A stretch of 45,830 bases of DNA from Sarea resinae (GCA_026026165.1 JAPEUD010000077.1:62001-107830), one strand, 5' to 3'; positions 21,748 to 36,900 are shown, counted from the first letter of the stretch. Notes: generated by a model not told the origin, from the sequence alone. Numbers and translations: made by a program.

Positions 21748-24700
21748 ATGGACAAGACGGTGGTCAAGAGTGCCTCACGCCTCGAGCCTCAGCCCGACGA
21801 TAGCTTGGATGAAACCAGAGAGCAAGTTAACGGCTTCACGACACTCGACAATGCCTCCTATCCGGCCAATCATCCCAATAATCACAATCACATTCGCTAT
21901 AATGGGCTGTCACAGCAAACCATGCAGCAGCCCCCTCCTTCCCTAGACGAGAACGATGTTGTCGAGCTTTTCCGCAGCGCAACTGATGCCGCCCGTCAAG
22001 AGACGCAACGTCCTGTAGCTGACGCCGGTGGCACGAATGGGAACTTGAGACCTGGCCTCACTATCGACCTGGGCCATAAGCAGATTCAGAGAATTCCGGA
22101 CGAGGTGATTGATATCATAAAGGATGAAATAGAGAGGTGAGCATCTTCTCGACTTGAGTGAGCGTGTATTAGTGTCTTTTGAATCACGCAAGCGGTGTTG
22201 GCTTTCGCCAGTCCTCCCCTGCATTCATTTTGATGGACAAAAGGTCGACTTCTGCTGACAGCTGTTCAGACTAGCCCTACCTTACAATCAAATAGGGCGC
22301 TTTCCATTTAAACTTGCTGAATGCGGTCGGCTTCGTTACCTCAATGTTCGCAACAATGAGCTCCGCTCCTTCCCGAGGCCTGTAGGTCATCCTTTGCTCC
22401 TATGACATACTTTAAGTGATCAAATCGCTCCAATGCTTATAATCAACAGATTTGCAAGCTACTCTCTCTCGAAATCTTGGATCTGAGCCGAAACAGGATA
22501 GACGTCTTACCGGATAACATAGCGAACCTCACTTCGCTGAAGGTTCTTTCCATTCAGAAAAACAAGCTAGAGAAGTTGCCAGTCTGCCTTGGGCATATCA
22601 CAACGCTGCAGGTCTTGAAGCTTGAAGGGAATCCTCTTGTATTCCCGCCTCCGGAGGTTCTTCAGGTTCAAGAGAAAGAGATCGGTCATATTGTCAAAGA
22701 TAGTGAGAGGGACACGCTCATCACAACGCAGGTTAAAAAGTTCTTGAGACAGAAGGCATCTTCGAGCAAGTCCGGTCATGATTCTGGAGGAGATTCAAGG
22801 TAAAGCTCAATGTCGTATGCCCGACATCATGGAAGCTGACAATTCCGCAGCAGTGAAGGTCATGTCGAAACACCGCGTCCAACCAAACGCTCAGGCGGTG
22901 GTGGTCGTTTCCCAGTGAAGCCGAGTATTAGTAGCATTGAGCCTCTCACGGGAATCGTACCAGCTTCGTCAAAGCCGCCACCCATTCCTACTCGTTCTCA
23001 TAATCGTGTTCAATCACAGCAACATGCTGTTCCGCGTCGCCCCGGCGTTGCTCCTCTGGCCATGGCCAACGAGCGTAATAGGAGCAACAGCGAGGGCCTT
23101 TTGCAAGCTGCGACCCGTTCCAAGCGGATGGGCATTATCACGCGCAAAACATCCGACTTAGGTACAGTTGATGAGGCTCGTACGAATCGGTTCAGTCACT
23201 ATCGTGGCTTTAGTCACGGCTCTGCTCTGCGTGACAAGCCTATTAATAACGCTCGAAATGGCGGGAATAGCTCGTCAAGCCCTGTCAGTCCGGCGGAGGC
23301 GGAGCGCCATAGAGCCGCGTCTTTCGTACACCGCCTGTCCAGTCTCCCGGAGCATAAACGGAAATCCTTGTCACCAGATCCTCTCGTTGAAGGAGCGAAA
23401 GGACTTCTATACGCCCTGTTTCAGGTCCACCCGCATATTCAAAGTCTCCTTGCTTTGTCACGAGAGGGACCTTCTAAGAGGAGTAGCCTCGAGAGAGTCT
23501 TCTACAATGCCTCCTCACACGTGGGAGAGCTTGATCGAGAATTGCACCGTTTTGACACCTTCGAAGAAGAAGACGAGAGCCAGATTCGTTCCAACAAGGG
23601 CGTTGAGCATGCTTGTCTCACTTGCATCAAGGCCTACGAACACGTTGGTACACTACTGCTTAGTAATGCCAATCGTCTTGTTCAGCAGGGTGATCAACGC
23701 TACGTTCGCACTTTGTTACTGTTGGTTTTCGGTGGCCTCGTCGAGATCCGCAATGCGTCTTACAGCCTGAGATCAAGAATCAAGAGCAGGCGATTACCTC
23801 TGCAAACCGCGCGGAGACTGCAACATCGGAACCTTTCCATCAGTCCTGCGCCAGCACGTCCGGGCGTCGGCAATCGGATGCGGAGTGGTACTGTGATCCA
23901 GCATGCGATAATGCCAAGTTCGTCATCCGCTATGCCAATGCCTCTGCGACTGGGATCCAATTCCAGATCGAACACGCTGACCAGCACCGTTCCTGGCACT
24001 CCCAGATCCGGGGAGACATTTTCTGGCATGGGCACACCGATTTCAATGTCTAGATCCAATACGATGCAGAGCCCTGGTGACTTGGCCGAAGAACAACTAT
24101 TCGAGAAGATCTTCCTTAAGCTCGTCGGTGGCTGTGACGCTGTGTTACAGGCTCTTCCCACGATCAAGTATCAATTTGTGAGATGCTTTGAGGTAGCTCG
24201 AGCTCGTGGAGCGGCACCTGAGATCCGTGATTCTTGGGCGGACCTCTGTTACAAATGCAATGTGACACTCCAGAACACCGAAGCACTCAAGGCTCGACTT
24301 TCCACCATCAAATTCAGAGAACCCGGCGTACGGTCTCAGAGGGATCTGTGGCAGCTCGCCCATGCATGGCTCAAGACCTTCGTTGACCTGGCTATCGGTG
24401 TCAAGGAGGCGAAGAGCTACGAGCTGGTTCCAAACGACATCATCCAACTCTTGCGCAACCCCCAGAAACTACTGAAAGAAGTCGGCTCCTTGATCAACAA
24501 TTCTCCCTGGGGCGAGCTCGGCGTTCAGTCGATGGCCAGCCAACAGCAGCCCGTCTACGGCCCGCCTCTGACCCAATCCATCATTCAACAGGTCGGCATC
24601 CATGGATCACCGCAGGTCTCTCAGCTAAACTTGAACTCCAGCCCGGGCTCCTCGTCAACGAATGTGTCTAATGGGCCTCCTACTGGACTAGTGATGCCAC

Positions 24701-24894
24701 CGTCTTTGTCGGCCACCCAGTACGTCACGCCTATGCCGGCCACACCGTTGAGCGCTGCCCTCGGTCCTGCCGCCCAGGCTACGGTACCGTCCTCCATGGC
24801 TGCGTCAGCTGCCCTTGGCAATGCTGGTTTCTTTTCCGGTAACGTATTTGAGCGCGCGGATTCTCTCCTGTCGACGATGCAGAGTAGGCGATAA
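21748..24894 (+). CDS. SOG2: RAM signalling network leucine-rich-repeat protein Sog2
   Basis: Exons 21748-22136, 22270-22381, 22450-22799, 22851-24894 (2895 nt). LRRs (LALPYNQI, LDLSRNRIDVLP, LKLEGNPL), then SLERVFYNA, DQRYVRTLLL, PATPLSAALGPAAQAT, VFERADSLL. Confidence 0.9.
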
Positions 24895-26001
24895 GCCGCC
24901 TATCCCAGGCCGGCCCTGCCTAGTCAGAGCTCTTGCTCTTCTCATCCCTCGTTTCGTCTCAGGAACGATGCTGGTCAGTCTGGGCATGGGCAATCGTCTC
25001 TGCCTCTCGCATTCGATACTTTATGCTCATTGCTTCAATTGCTTTCATTCTTGTCCGGGAACGTTTTCCTTTACTTGACTTTTCTTTTTCCGCTTTCCTC
25101 GTTCAATGTCCATTGAAACGGGCCCACTAGCATGCATAGGCGTTGGCGACGGTGTGGCGTTCATCGAGCTGCATCAGCATCAGCATACATGAGTGCATTT
25201 GAACTCAACGAATGGATAATACGGTGGTATGGTTGATACATGTGACATTGAGCACCGGACATGGGAGCAACGGGGCATTGGGCTCGGAGCTCAGGGCGCT
25301 CGGCGGCTCGGCGACTCGCGATGTGACTTATCTCAATGGCATCATTTCAATGGCGTCCTGTTCTTCTTCATCAGGGACTTTCCACGTTCTTTTTTTTTTT
25401 TTTTTTCCTTTCTGAATCATCTTCTCGATCTCCTGAGATCTTGTATCTATGGCCAGAGATGCGGAACACGGATGACAACCATAGTACAAAAATACTCAAA
25501 GATTCAAGTTACATACATGTTCACGCATTATACGAGACGCCCTTCCTAGATTTCAGTAGTGGGCCATAATATATGAGAAAGTATATTTCCAGGCTCGCAC
25601 GCAGCGCAAGGCTCGAGTCGCTCTACCTCGGGTCACTCTCTTCAATGATTTGCAAAGAAAGGCGTTCACGAGGCAAGCTGCAGGCAGGCAAGAGATGGGC
25701 ACACACATTCAGGAGAACGTCCTGGATCCATTTTTCTTTCTTTCTTTCTCTTTTGTTCCTCAAGCTAAGTAGACATGAAGAAGGTTGAATGACGACTTCA
25801 TGGTATTCTAGCAGCATCATCATCGTCGGCGCCGTCGTCGTCGTCTTCTAGTCCCGAGGGTCTAATATATCACCCCTCCGCCCCTTTACATTAGATGAGT
25901 AATGTCTGTCTGTCATGAGAGCATCATAGAAAGAAGAAAGAAGAAAAAAAAACGAGCTGGAATATCGATGCGAACAAGTGGATCGGTGGGGTCAGGTAGG
26001 T

Positions 26002-27967
<1,966 letters not shown>

Positions 27968-28218
27968 TCAACGGGGGACATCACCGATCGAGACAACGGT
28001 TGTGACTGTGACTGTCTCTGCTAGAGCCGTACCACCACTTTCCTTGCCCAGAGCAGTACCACTACTTCGCTCCACAGTGCAGCGTACTCGGAGTACGAAG
28101 GTAATCAATCATTTGTCACGAAAGACCGCTGCAGTGGACACCACTTCACGAAGAAGAAGAAGAACAACAACAACAATAACACTCACAGAAAGGGGAGGCG
28201 TTCCTATGTCCACACTGC

Positions 28219-28249
28219 ATTCATTCATTCATTCATTCATTCATTCATT
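28219..28249. repeat. (TCAT)n tetranucleotide microsatellite
   Basis: About 7-8 copies of ATTC/TCAT in the GLR1-CCE1 divergent intergenic region. Confidence 0.9.
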
Positions 28250-28480
28250 CCTTCAGCGTGTCCGGGCCAGTTCTGCTGTCATTTTTCGAGTTTCGCTTTT
28301 TTCGCTTTGCAAGGGTGATTGCGCATGCTCCTTTCATGTGTCCCTTAGTCTTCACGCGTTGTTTTGCAATATCACACTGTTTCCACACTCCCATGTCAGT
28401 ATCTCTGTAGTCCGCATCATCTCGCTTTCCATCATTAAGGTGCAAAATCAAGAGGAAAGAAGAAACCGAGTAATGCATGC

Positions 28481-29638
28481 ATGGCCACCTCCCTCTCCAG
28501 CCGTCTCAGCACCCTTAAAATCCCCCAACTGAAACGCATCGCCTCCCTAACTGGCATCAACACCTCGGGCACCAAGGCTGTCCTGACGTCTCGACTGCTA
28601 GACGAATTACCGATCCCAAAGCTAAAGTTTGAACACTCGCACGGTCCGAGCAATGAAGGGCTGGTCTCAGCGGCTACAAAGGACGGCCGAGGGAGAGGGA
28701 GAAGCAGGATCATCAGCATCGACATGGGCATCCGCAATCTAGCATACTGTGTCATCGACGTCCCTGCCCCCACCCTCGATGATCATAACAGATCCCGCGG
28801 GGGCACTATCAAGTGGGAGCCCCCAAGAGTACTAGCATGGCGGCGCATCGCGATAGCTGCAAAAGGGCAAGGACAGCGACCCCAAACACCCGACCAATTC
28901 TCTCCGCCCACTCTCTCACATCTTGCATATAATCTCATTACGCACACCTTCTTGCCCCACAAAGCGACACAAGTCCTTATTGAACGCCAACGCTTCCGAA
29001 CGCTCGGCGGATCCGCTATCCAGGAATGGACCGTGCGTGTCAACATGTTTGAATCGATGCTGTGGGCCGTCTTCGAGACCTTGAGACGTGAGAAGATGAC
29101 AGATGTGGAAGTGCAGGCGGTCTTGCCCGGGAAGGTGGGCGCTTTCTGGTTGGGGGATGAGATTGGCGGTCGTGGGGAAGTGATGAAGAAGGAAGGAAAG
29201 GGGGAAGAGATAGATAAGAAGGGGGAGGGGGCATTGGTAGCACCGCGGAAGAGACAGCTCAAGACGGCAAAACAGCGTACCAAGCAAGCGAAAATCGACA
29301 TCGTAGGCACCTGGCTATCTCATCCCTCCGACTCTAGCACGATCGTCTTCGCGGACGGAGCTAAACAAACTGGGGGGGCATTTCTAAAGAAATGGAGCGG
29401 CAAGCGAGGAAAGAGAAAGAGCAAGACTCCACCCAAACGAGTCGGTGAAGAGACGGAAGTTTCGACTGAAATTGGTGGAGGGAACAAGATGGTCGAAGAA
29501 GACGAAATGAGCAAATTAGACGACTTAGCAGATTGTCTCTTACAAGGTATTGCATGGGTGAAATGGGAGGAGAACAGACGGCGAATAATCCAAGATGAGG
29601 GATCTTTGGATCAGATACTGAAACCCTCGAAGACATGA
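28481..29638 (+). CDS. CCE1: Mitochondrial Holliday-junction resolvase (Cce1/Ydc2 cruciform-cutting endonuclease)
   Basis: Intronless 385 aa. N-terminal SAP-like LKIPQLKRIA..GINTSGTKAVL, catalytic SIDMGIRNLAY, IERQRFR, KLDDLADCLLQG. Confidence 0.92.
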   Translation: MATSLSSRLSTLKIPQLKRIASLTGINTSGTKAVLTSRLLDELPIPKLKFEHSHGPSNEGLVSAATKDGRGRGRSRIISIDMGIRNLAYCVIDVPAPTLDDHNRSRGGTIKWEPPRVLAWRRIAIAAKGQGQRPQTPDQFSPPTLSHLAYNLITHTFLPHKATQVLIERQRFRTLGGSAIQEWTVRVNMFESMLWAVFETLRREKMTDVEVQAVLPGKVGAFWLGDEIGGRGEVMKKEGKGEEIDKKGEGALVAPRKRQLKTAKQRTKQAKIDIVGTWLSHPSDSSTIVFADGAKQTGGAFLKKWSGKRGKRKSKTPPKRVGEETEVSTEIGGGNKMVEEDEMSKLDDLADCLLQGIAWVKWEENRRRIIQDEGSLDQILKPSKT

Positions 29639-30120
29639 GGAATGTCACGATGGGTCATTTTATTCACTCAGCCCCACAGACCATCAATAGAGGTTCTTTC
29701 GGGTTTTCCTCTCCTCCATTACGCTATTCTATGATAATAGTTTGGGCATCAAGAACAACCTAGATGGGCTGCATTTGCCCGCCCATACCTACGGGTACCG
29801 CCCACCTAGTAAAGCAAAAGACGCCACAACGTTAATTCCCCTCCGATAGTAACAGAACGCCACGCTGAACCCCAACACGTCGCAAGCTCATAAAATAGAA
29901 GAACCGCTCGGGTAGTCGGTTTGCAGTTGAGAAGAGAAAATACTTTCAGAAAGTTCAGAAGGGGATAAAAAGAGATAGCAAGACACGTATCGAAAGGAGT
30001 GGAAGAAAAGCCTCTCCTTTCGTACAAACAGACAGACAAACTCCTATGACACCTCCATAGAAGACGAAACCATGAAACACCGAAACAATGCATTTTCGGA
30101 AAAGAAGATGACTCGGAAAG

Positions 30121-32162
30121 TCATAACTCCATAGATTCATCATCTTCGCAGAGCGAAAGCTCTTCTTGAACATGTGACGGTGAGGATGGTGGCGTGAATA
30201 GTTGCTGAGCTTCGAACGAGTTGAAACGTGCATCCCGATTTATGATTCCTCCCATGACATCAGTCGGATTGATCACGACTGCATCGGCGCTCTTCAAATC
30301 CAGTCGAGAGTAGAGTAGATCGGCCCAGACCCGCCAATGAAGGAGACCAGCGTGTGCGACACGTCGCCCCAAGCCTTCACGACTGTGCTCATCATCAGCG
30401 GAGCCGACCTCTTTGCTCGGGTTCAGTGTGTCGAATACATCGAGAGGGGATAGATTTAGATTGGACTCCACGGCAATCTCGAGGATGGGCCAAAGAGTCC
30501 TTCCGACTTCCGCCTCCATCAACGTGTAAAATCCAGACCGTGAATCCAGAGATTCCGCCAGGAGACCCTCGACCTGCACTATGAAGTCCGAGTTGAACGA
30601 CGTGTCTTCTCCGAACACTCGATAAGCGTGTCTCACAATCTCGGCAGCCACATTCGGAATGTTGCGCTCCCATTTCTGATCCTCGTTACCGTGCCCAACA
30701 ATGGAGACGATCGAGTCGCGTAGATCCTTCGACGATCGACATTCTAAATTTCCGAGTAGATGGCAGACACGGGTGAAGATATTGTGGCATATCTCTAAAC
30801 AGACTGCATCATGAAAATTTCCTCGTAAATGTCGCAGACGATCGTAATCGAAGATGAATGTTTGGGGGAAGTTCGCAAGCGGACTTGATGCGTAGAGCAT
30901 GCGCACCAATGCCGAAAAGAAGACCGAAAGATGCTGTCTTTTGCCGTTGCTTCTCCATTTCGACCTCTCAGGTAGAAAGAGATTTCGCGCGCTCATGAAC
31001 CATAATTCAGAATATGCAAGGTCGATTCGGGCATTGGCGATTTTGTGTGAGAAATATTTCTGTTCGAAATTGATTGTATCATTGATCAGTAATGGCCGGA
31101 GACTCCGAATTTGATGGTTTGCAACATCCTAGATCCAATCTCAGCAGTCAGGTCCTTCATCCATCATATTTATAGAAAGCCTACCAATTTCATCGCCTCC
31201 AAGGTTCCGAACAGCGTTTTCAGACCTTCCACCAGTGTGTTCATGTCCAAGTCCCGGACTCCATGCTCAATCTGCTTCGCCATGTGGTCGGCCCACTCGT
31301 CTCTCATGGGAGCACAGTGCATTTTCAGCAATCGAGACAGCCGTTGCGAGAGAGTGATAAAGTCGCAGACTTTGTTATCCACCTGCTGCATCAATAATTT
31401 TCCGTCCAGCATATCGTCGATCATCTGATGATCTCGCTCCGGCACAAGAGTCTTCAAAATTTCCCCAATGGACTCGAACATTTTCCCCAGCCTGCTCTTC
31501 TGAAAGATAGTGGTTCGCTCATCCCTCAGATTTGTCTCAGACTCGATGATACGTCGTCTGATGAATCCCGAGGGGAAGACATCGTCATTCTTGAAGCGCA
31601 GAATAAGCTCTGCAAGGAGGGCATCCCAGTACAGTTCTGCTAATTGCATCTTTCGCCGGCCTTTGTCTCCGTCGAGATTTGGCCGAAAGTGTAGCTCGCG
31701 GTCGAAGTTGATGTCATGCCTTAACTTGGTGTTGTTGATGATCTTGACGATATCTAGCTCGCTCAACGAGTCTCTGGTTACGGGCGGAATTGCGCCAGCG
31801 GTCATATATGCATCCCAAAGCTTTGTATCGAGACCATAGCGGCTGGGATTGGGTATTGTGATGGGTGCTGCTGGAAGGTTGTGAAGTTTCGATGGAGGCG
31901 ATGCGACAGAGGCCGCTGTGCAGTCGTCACTTTGCCACTCTTCGTCACTGCTCCCCGGCTCTGTGTCCAAGCTAATCCCATGGCGAAGAAGGGGGCAATC
32001 GTCAACCTCTTCTAGAGATCGACATCCGCGGTCCTCCATTGCGCCGCCATTTCCCTCAACCCGATCAGCTTCGCCAACGGTATTGAACCGACTAGGATGG
32101 TCTATTGAACCCATCTTTGACGTAGAGTCTCTAGCTATGGCGTCCTGACCCGGATACTCCAT
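30121..32162 (-). CDS. SOK1: T-complex protein 11 family / cAMP-signalling protein Sok1
   Basis: Exons 32162-31185 and 31128-30121 (1986 nt). PPVTRDSLSELD, LRHDINFDRELHFRPN, HCAPMRD, LEAMKL|DVANHQIR, FPQTFIFD, LHWRVW. The ORF-track start at 32255 is TTG; the first ATG is at 32162. Confidence 0.88.
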
Positions 32163-33593
32163 GCTATAGATCGAATTCTCGCCCGGTAGCTGTAAACTTC
32201 TCGGGGCCTCAAGTTGAGAGGTCTCGTGAAGATTCAACGATCTGGCGACTAGCAAGGTAGAACAAATTCCGATATCGAGGGATTTGGATCTCCGTCACCG
32301 GCGTTGATCGGAAAACAGGCTCGGGTTCTGCATCAGGCGACGAAGATTGACACCTAGGTGTAGAATTTATTCAGCTTTGTCGAGCGGTGCCAAGTATGAG
32401 TTTGCCTATCGTCGTCGACGTAGCTTGTTGGTTTGAGTGACTCGGAAACATGCAGATTGCTCATGACGCTGAGCTTGCCCAAGCAAAGGAAAAGAAAGCA
32501 AAGAGCAACGGAACGCACCCTTGATCTTACGGGGAGGAAATGAAAGAAGTTGCAACGAGCAACACTGACGGCTTGTGCTATGCCCAACTTTTCGGTAGTA
32601 GATGCTAGTAGGGGTCGTTTATAAAGCAAGTGATCCGGTCGAGATCGGAAGAAGCTATTATTGCGCAAGCGTGTCTCCAGACGAGGGATCATGAAGGCTC
32701 AAAAGGGAAGATGTCGAGCGCCTTTATGGATGGATGTAGAATGCAACGCAGACAACATAAAATTTGGCTGGAGGATCTGAGGTGTCGCCGGGCACAAGAA
32801 TTATTGAAGCATGGCCGCACGCAAGGTAACACCACCGTTCGACCCTTTGAGATCGATGCATGCGTGGACTGCATCGTAACGGGAATTGTGCTAGGACAAG
32901 GAATATTCAAGCCTCACAGGTGACAAGCTACAAGATTCGAAGGGCGACCAATTGCTCGCGGGGCATGTCTCCCATCGTAGGGACGATCGTGGGAAAAGGG
33001 TTAGCAGTCCTGTAGGGGCCGGGGATCGGCTCACCGCCATTGCCTGGGTCTACCTGGCGTCTCTCCCTTTCGAGTAAGATGGACGGCCCTCGGTATCATT
33101 GGTCTGGCAAGGAGGACCGGCAGAATATCAGGTACCTTGCTTACCTGGACCGAGGGACCGTACGGACGAAGTACGAGTGCCCTAATGGAGTGGAGGCAAG
33201 GATTCAGGGCACGGCAGGAGACGGGATGGGAGTGGAGTGGAGTGGAGCGGAGAGGAGAGAGAGCTAGCAGCCCTGGGAGTCCTGAGATCCTGATAGCTCC
33301 CAGGTGCTACGGCGCAGTCATAGTAGCTATCGATGACAGTCATGATGATACATTGATATCGCGGACATGATGCATTCAGTAAGGCATTAGGAATGCCTTC
33401 ATACACGGACGGGGACGACGGTCCAGTCCCAAGCCCCTCCCGTCCTCGCACTTCGTGGTTCGCACTTGGATCTCCTTGGGCGGTCACTAGAGCACTCTAC
33501 TCCGTAGTACTATGTACATAGTACTCCTATCGTGAGAAGGGAGGCTTTCCCGGAGAATGGCAGGGAGGTGGGACCGTGGGAGGAGGAGGGAGG

Positions 33594-33663
33594 AGAGCAG
33601 GGAGCAGGGAGCAGGGAGCAGGGAGGAGGAGGCATGAGGGTTGAGGGATGAGGGATGAGGGAT
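33594..33663. repeat. Compound heptamer repeats (GGGAGCA)x~4 and (GAGGGAT)x~4
   Basis: gagcagggagcagggagcagggagcaggg ... gagggttgagggatgagggatgagggat. Forms a C/T-rich tract on the minus strand. Confidence 0.8.
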
Positions 33664-35855
33664 GCAATCCATGGATCCATCCGTCGATGTTTCCCTTCAT
33701 GCTTTGGTCCGTTCCCGAGCAAGGGGAACCCTCCACTGGGAGCCTAAGCGAATGCGCCGGTGTCATCCTGTCACTTCCTCAAGGGCGCAGCCACTCTGAA
33801 CCCGTCTCTAGCTTGTTGGGACGTCGCCTCTTGCCGGATGAGGGCCGCCGTCCTACTATACCTAGTACTTGGAGATGGAAGCATCTCTCTCGACATGTCC
33901 GATCTACCAGGGCTAGGATCTTCTCCCAAATATCAGATATTGGAAATTCCGGGAAAACATGTTCAACCGTGAATCACAAGTTCCAGATTGCCTTGCCTCG
34001 CCTTGAACACTACCACGGACTACCGGACGGAGAACATCCAGGATCAAGGAAGATTCCATGACCCCAGGTAGAGCGTCGATTGGTGATATCGCTCTCGCGG
34101 TCAAGGAATCTGTGTACCTACTCGTATGCACATCATATCCCTTATCGCCAGGTTCGATAGGTTCAAGGTTGTGGAAGCACGAATCAACGACGTGAAACGC
34201 GGGCCGAGCGAAGCAGCTGATGCGTACAGAGTTACGATCAGGTAAGGACAGACAAAGTAAGGGAAGAAAGGTCGTCGACTTGAGGACTCGGAGCCAGCTT
34301 GCGCCAGCCGTGGTCGACATGATGGGTCCACGCCGTTGATGATCTTCCTCGTAGTCACTCAGAAAGCATGGGATACTCTTGTTGATTGTTGCTTGGGGTA
34401 GCCAATGCCGGCAGCCTCGTCGTTGTCGACTCTGTAGCTGTACGGCAATTGCATGTCAAACGATTGCTGGAGCTTTTCTCGTCCTACGACTATTGGGCGT
34501 TGGCGTAGCATGGGATCGTTATCTCACCATAGAATTCAAAACCGACGGGCGCCGGCAGAGCGCGTGTGTTTCCATTCTTCCCGTTCCTTTCATGACAGGA
34601 AGCAAATCCTCGGTCACTTGCATGGGGCGGTCGCGTGAACTGATGCGGAGCGTGAAAAGTGCGATGATGCGCCACAGCAGTATGGCAATTGATTGAGCAT
34701 GCCCAATATCGAGCAAAGTGCTGCCATCTTCTTTGGCCACCGAATGAGCTCGAACGACGGCGAGGTACTTTGCCCGGTCCGCCATCCATGCTGAGATCAT
34801 CGATGCACGTAGACATTATGATCACAGCATTGCAGGACAACACAAGCTTGCGTCCGACACACGGCGGCAGTGGCAAATTTTAGCTTTTGTTCTTTCCAGG
34901 CCGCCCAGCTGAAATCTCAGGCTTGTCATGTCGTGAGAAGCAACGATTCGTGACCATAGTCGCCACTCCCAGGTTCCCATGTAGATCACGGATAGACAGA
35001 AGAAGACAATGAGAGGAACGGAGAGGAATAAGAAGTAAGAAGTGGGGTTGGAGCGGGAAAAGTGAGGCGAGCTCGATCGTGAGGCGATACTCTGAAACTT
35101 GCGCCGTCCAATGGTAAAATAGCGGATTTGCGATTTGGTACGAAGTCCCTCCTGGCCCTGCAAGCAGCAAAGACCAGATCTACAAAGTGCGAGCTTTAGG
35201 TAAGAAACCCAGGGATCGATGGATCCATAGCGAGCGGAGAGCAGCAAACCGAATTTCCGAAGTCGAATTTCAATCCATGGATATGGATGTATCCTCGGAA
35301 TTTTCCTAGGCGGACATGTTTGAAGGCAGACTTGTTTACTTACCTATTGTAGGAGTGTTCACGAACGAAGTAAGGTCCTTACTGGGCGCCTGGGACGGGC
35401 CATACATATGGTAACTTGGTACATTTGCTGAGAAATGCTTCATCATCTTATACGACTTCTAGACTTTAGAAACCAAAGGGCAACTTTGCCTAAACCCCTG
35501 CGGGCTGCGGCTGCGTGCGCCTACTCCGGAGTAGAGTGCTGTGAGTACTACACCATTCTCAAACCCTAACAGCACCCATGACCGACCACCAAGCACCATC
35601 ACGAGGGTAAGTACTGCGTATTCGTGCAGATGCCTCGACTTGGTTCTTTCGTTGCTTTCGTTGCTTTTGCACGCACGAGGGAGCTAGAGTACTCGTACGC
35701 CCCCAAGTCAGCAAACACATATTTGGCAGTTGAACAGCGTCCCTGGTACCTCCCAAGTTCGTTAAACAATCTTCCTTTTTATCTTCCCGGTACGAATACT
35801 AAGCCAAGGCAAGGACCTCGGACCTGAAAGTATTACGGTATCTAAGGTACCTATC

Positions 35856-36900
35856 TTATCGATACCATCTACAAATCTCGAAAACTTGAGACGCTCTAGC
35901 ATGTGCGCCTCCCGTATCTGTTCGAGCTACTCCGGCAATGGAATTTCCCACCAAACCCCTCCAAAGCGGCAATCGTAAAGCCCATCCCAATTTCGTACCA
36001 AAATGCGCCGGACTTTCTGTCATACTCGCAAGGGTCAGAGGCGGGAGCGGCGCAACTTCTCTGGTGATCAGGCAGTAGCTGATGCAAATGACGATGAGAC
36101 CGCTCAAACGATTTGCCTGCGGATAACCGAAGAACGTAATGATGGCTCCGATGCTGTATAAGACCAAAACATAGGTGCAGCGGTAAGGGTGAACGGCCAG
36201 GCGGGCAATACTCAGATCGACTGGATGATCACCGGAAGCGCTCGTACAGGCCACCAGAAGCCAGTTTGTTTGGGGCGCTCACGGACCAAGATGGGATAGA
36301 TGACCGCGGCTTTGCGAGCAGTCAAGCCCGCGCAAACCAAAAAATATCCCGTCGGCAAACACGAAAGATGTTCACAAAGATCCCTAGCTGGCTTGCAACC
36401 ATTCTCCTCTTTTCGGAACATAGAGGAAGAATGGCTAATGAAGCTGTAGTCTACAGCCCGCTTCCGAACACAGCCCACAGGTCCTGGGAAAGCAGAATAT
36501 GCCAATACTTCTTCCTCAGGAATGTCGGGACCATAGCGAAAGCCTCCAGGAACGATCCACCTGGCTCAATGAGGCGCAGTCAATATGTACACAAGACCAA
36601 GCCTGCGAAGTCGCTCATGAACATGGTTGAAAAGTCTGGATTGAGCTGGTCCATGCTAGGCAAGATTCACTTGGTGACTGCAACAGGCTGGATGAATATA
36701 ATATCCGAAAGACACTGAAAGGACTTTGAGACCCTTCGTGAGTAGGCCGTTTCTATCAGCAGTGATCCAGAGGCGGTTTTTCGAATGGCTTCATGAAAAT
36801 CGCAGCACGTGTCCGGATACCGGAGCCAGCTCCTCGGGATTTGTGTCCGAGCAATGACACCGCCGTCGATTCGACGAATTTCCTCCTCTCAGATAGAGAT
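35856..36900 (-). pseudogene. Decayed MFS monocarboxylate-transporter (Mch4/Mch5-like) pseudogene
   Basis: Colinear family motifs spread over several frames: DGGVIARTQI (about 36867), SVFRILYSSSLLQSPSESCLAWTSSIQTF, KKYWHILLSQDLWAVFGSGL*TTASLAILPLCSEKRR (in-frame TAG at 36453-36451), VIYPILVRERPKQTGFWWPVR, LSGLIVICISY..LPPLTLASMTESPAHFGTKL/MGFTIAAL/LVGNSIAG. Contains stops and frameshifts. Confidence 0.8.
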
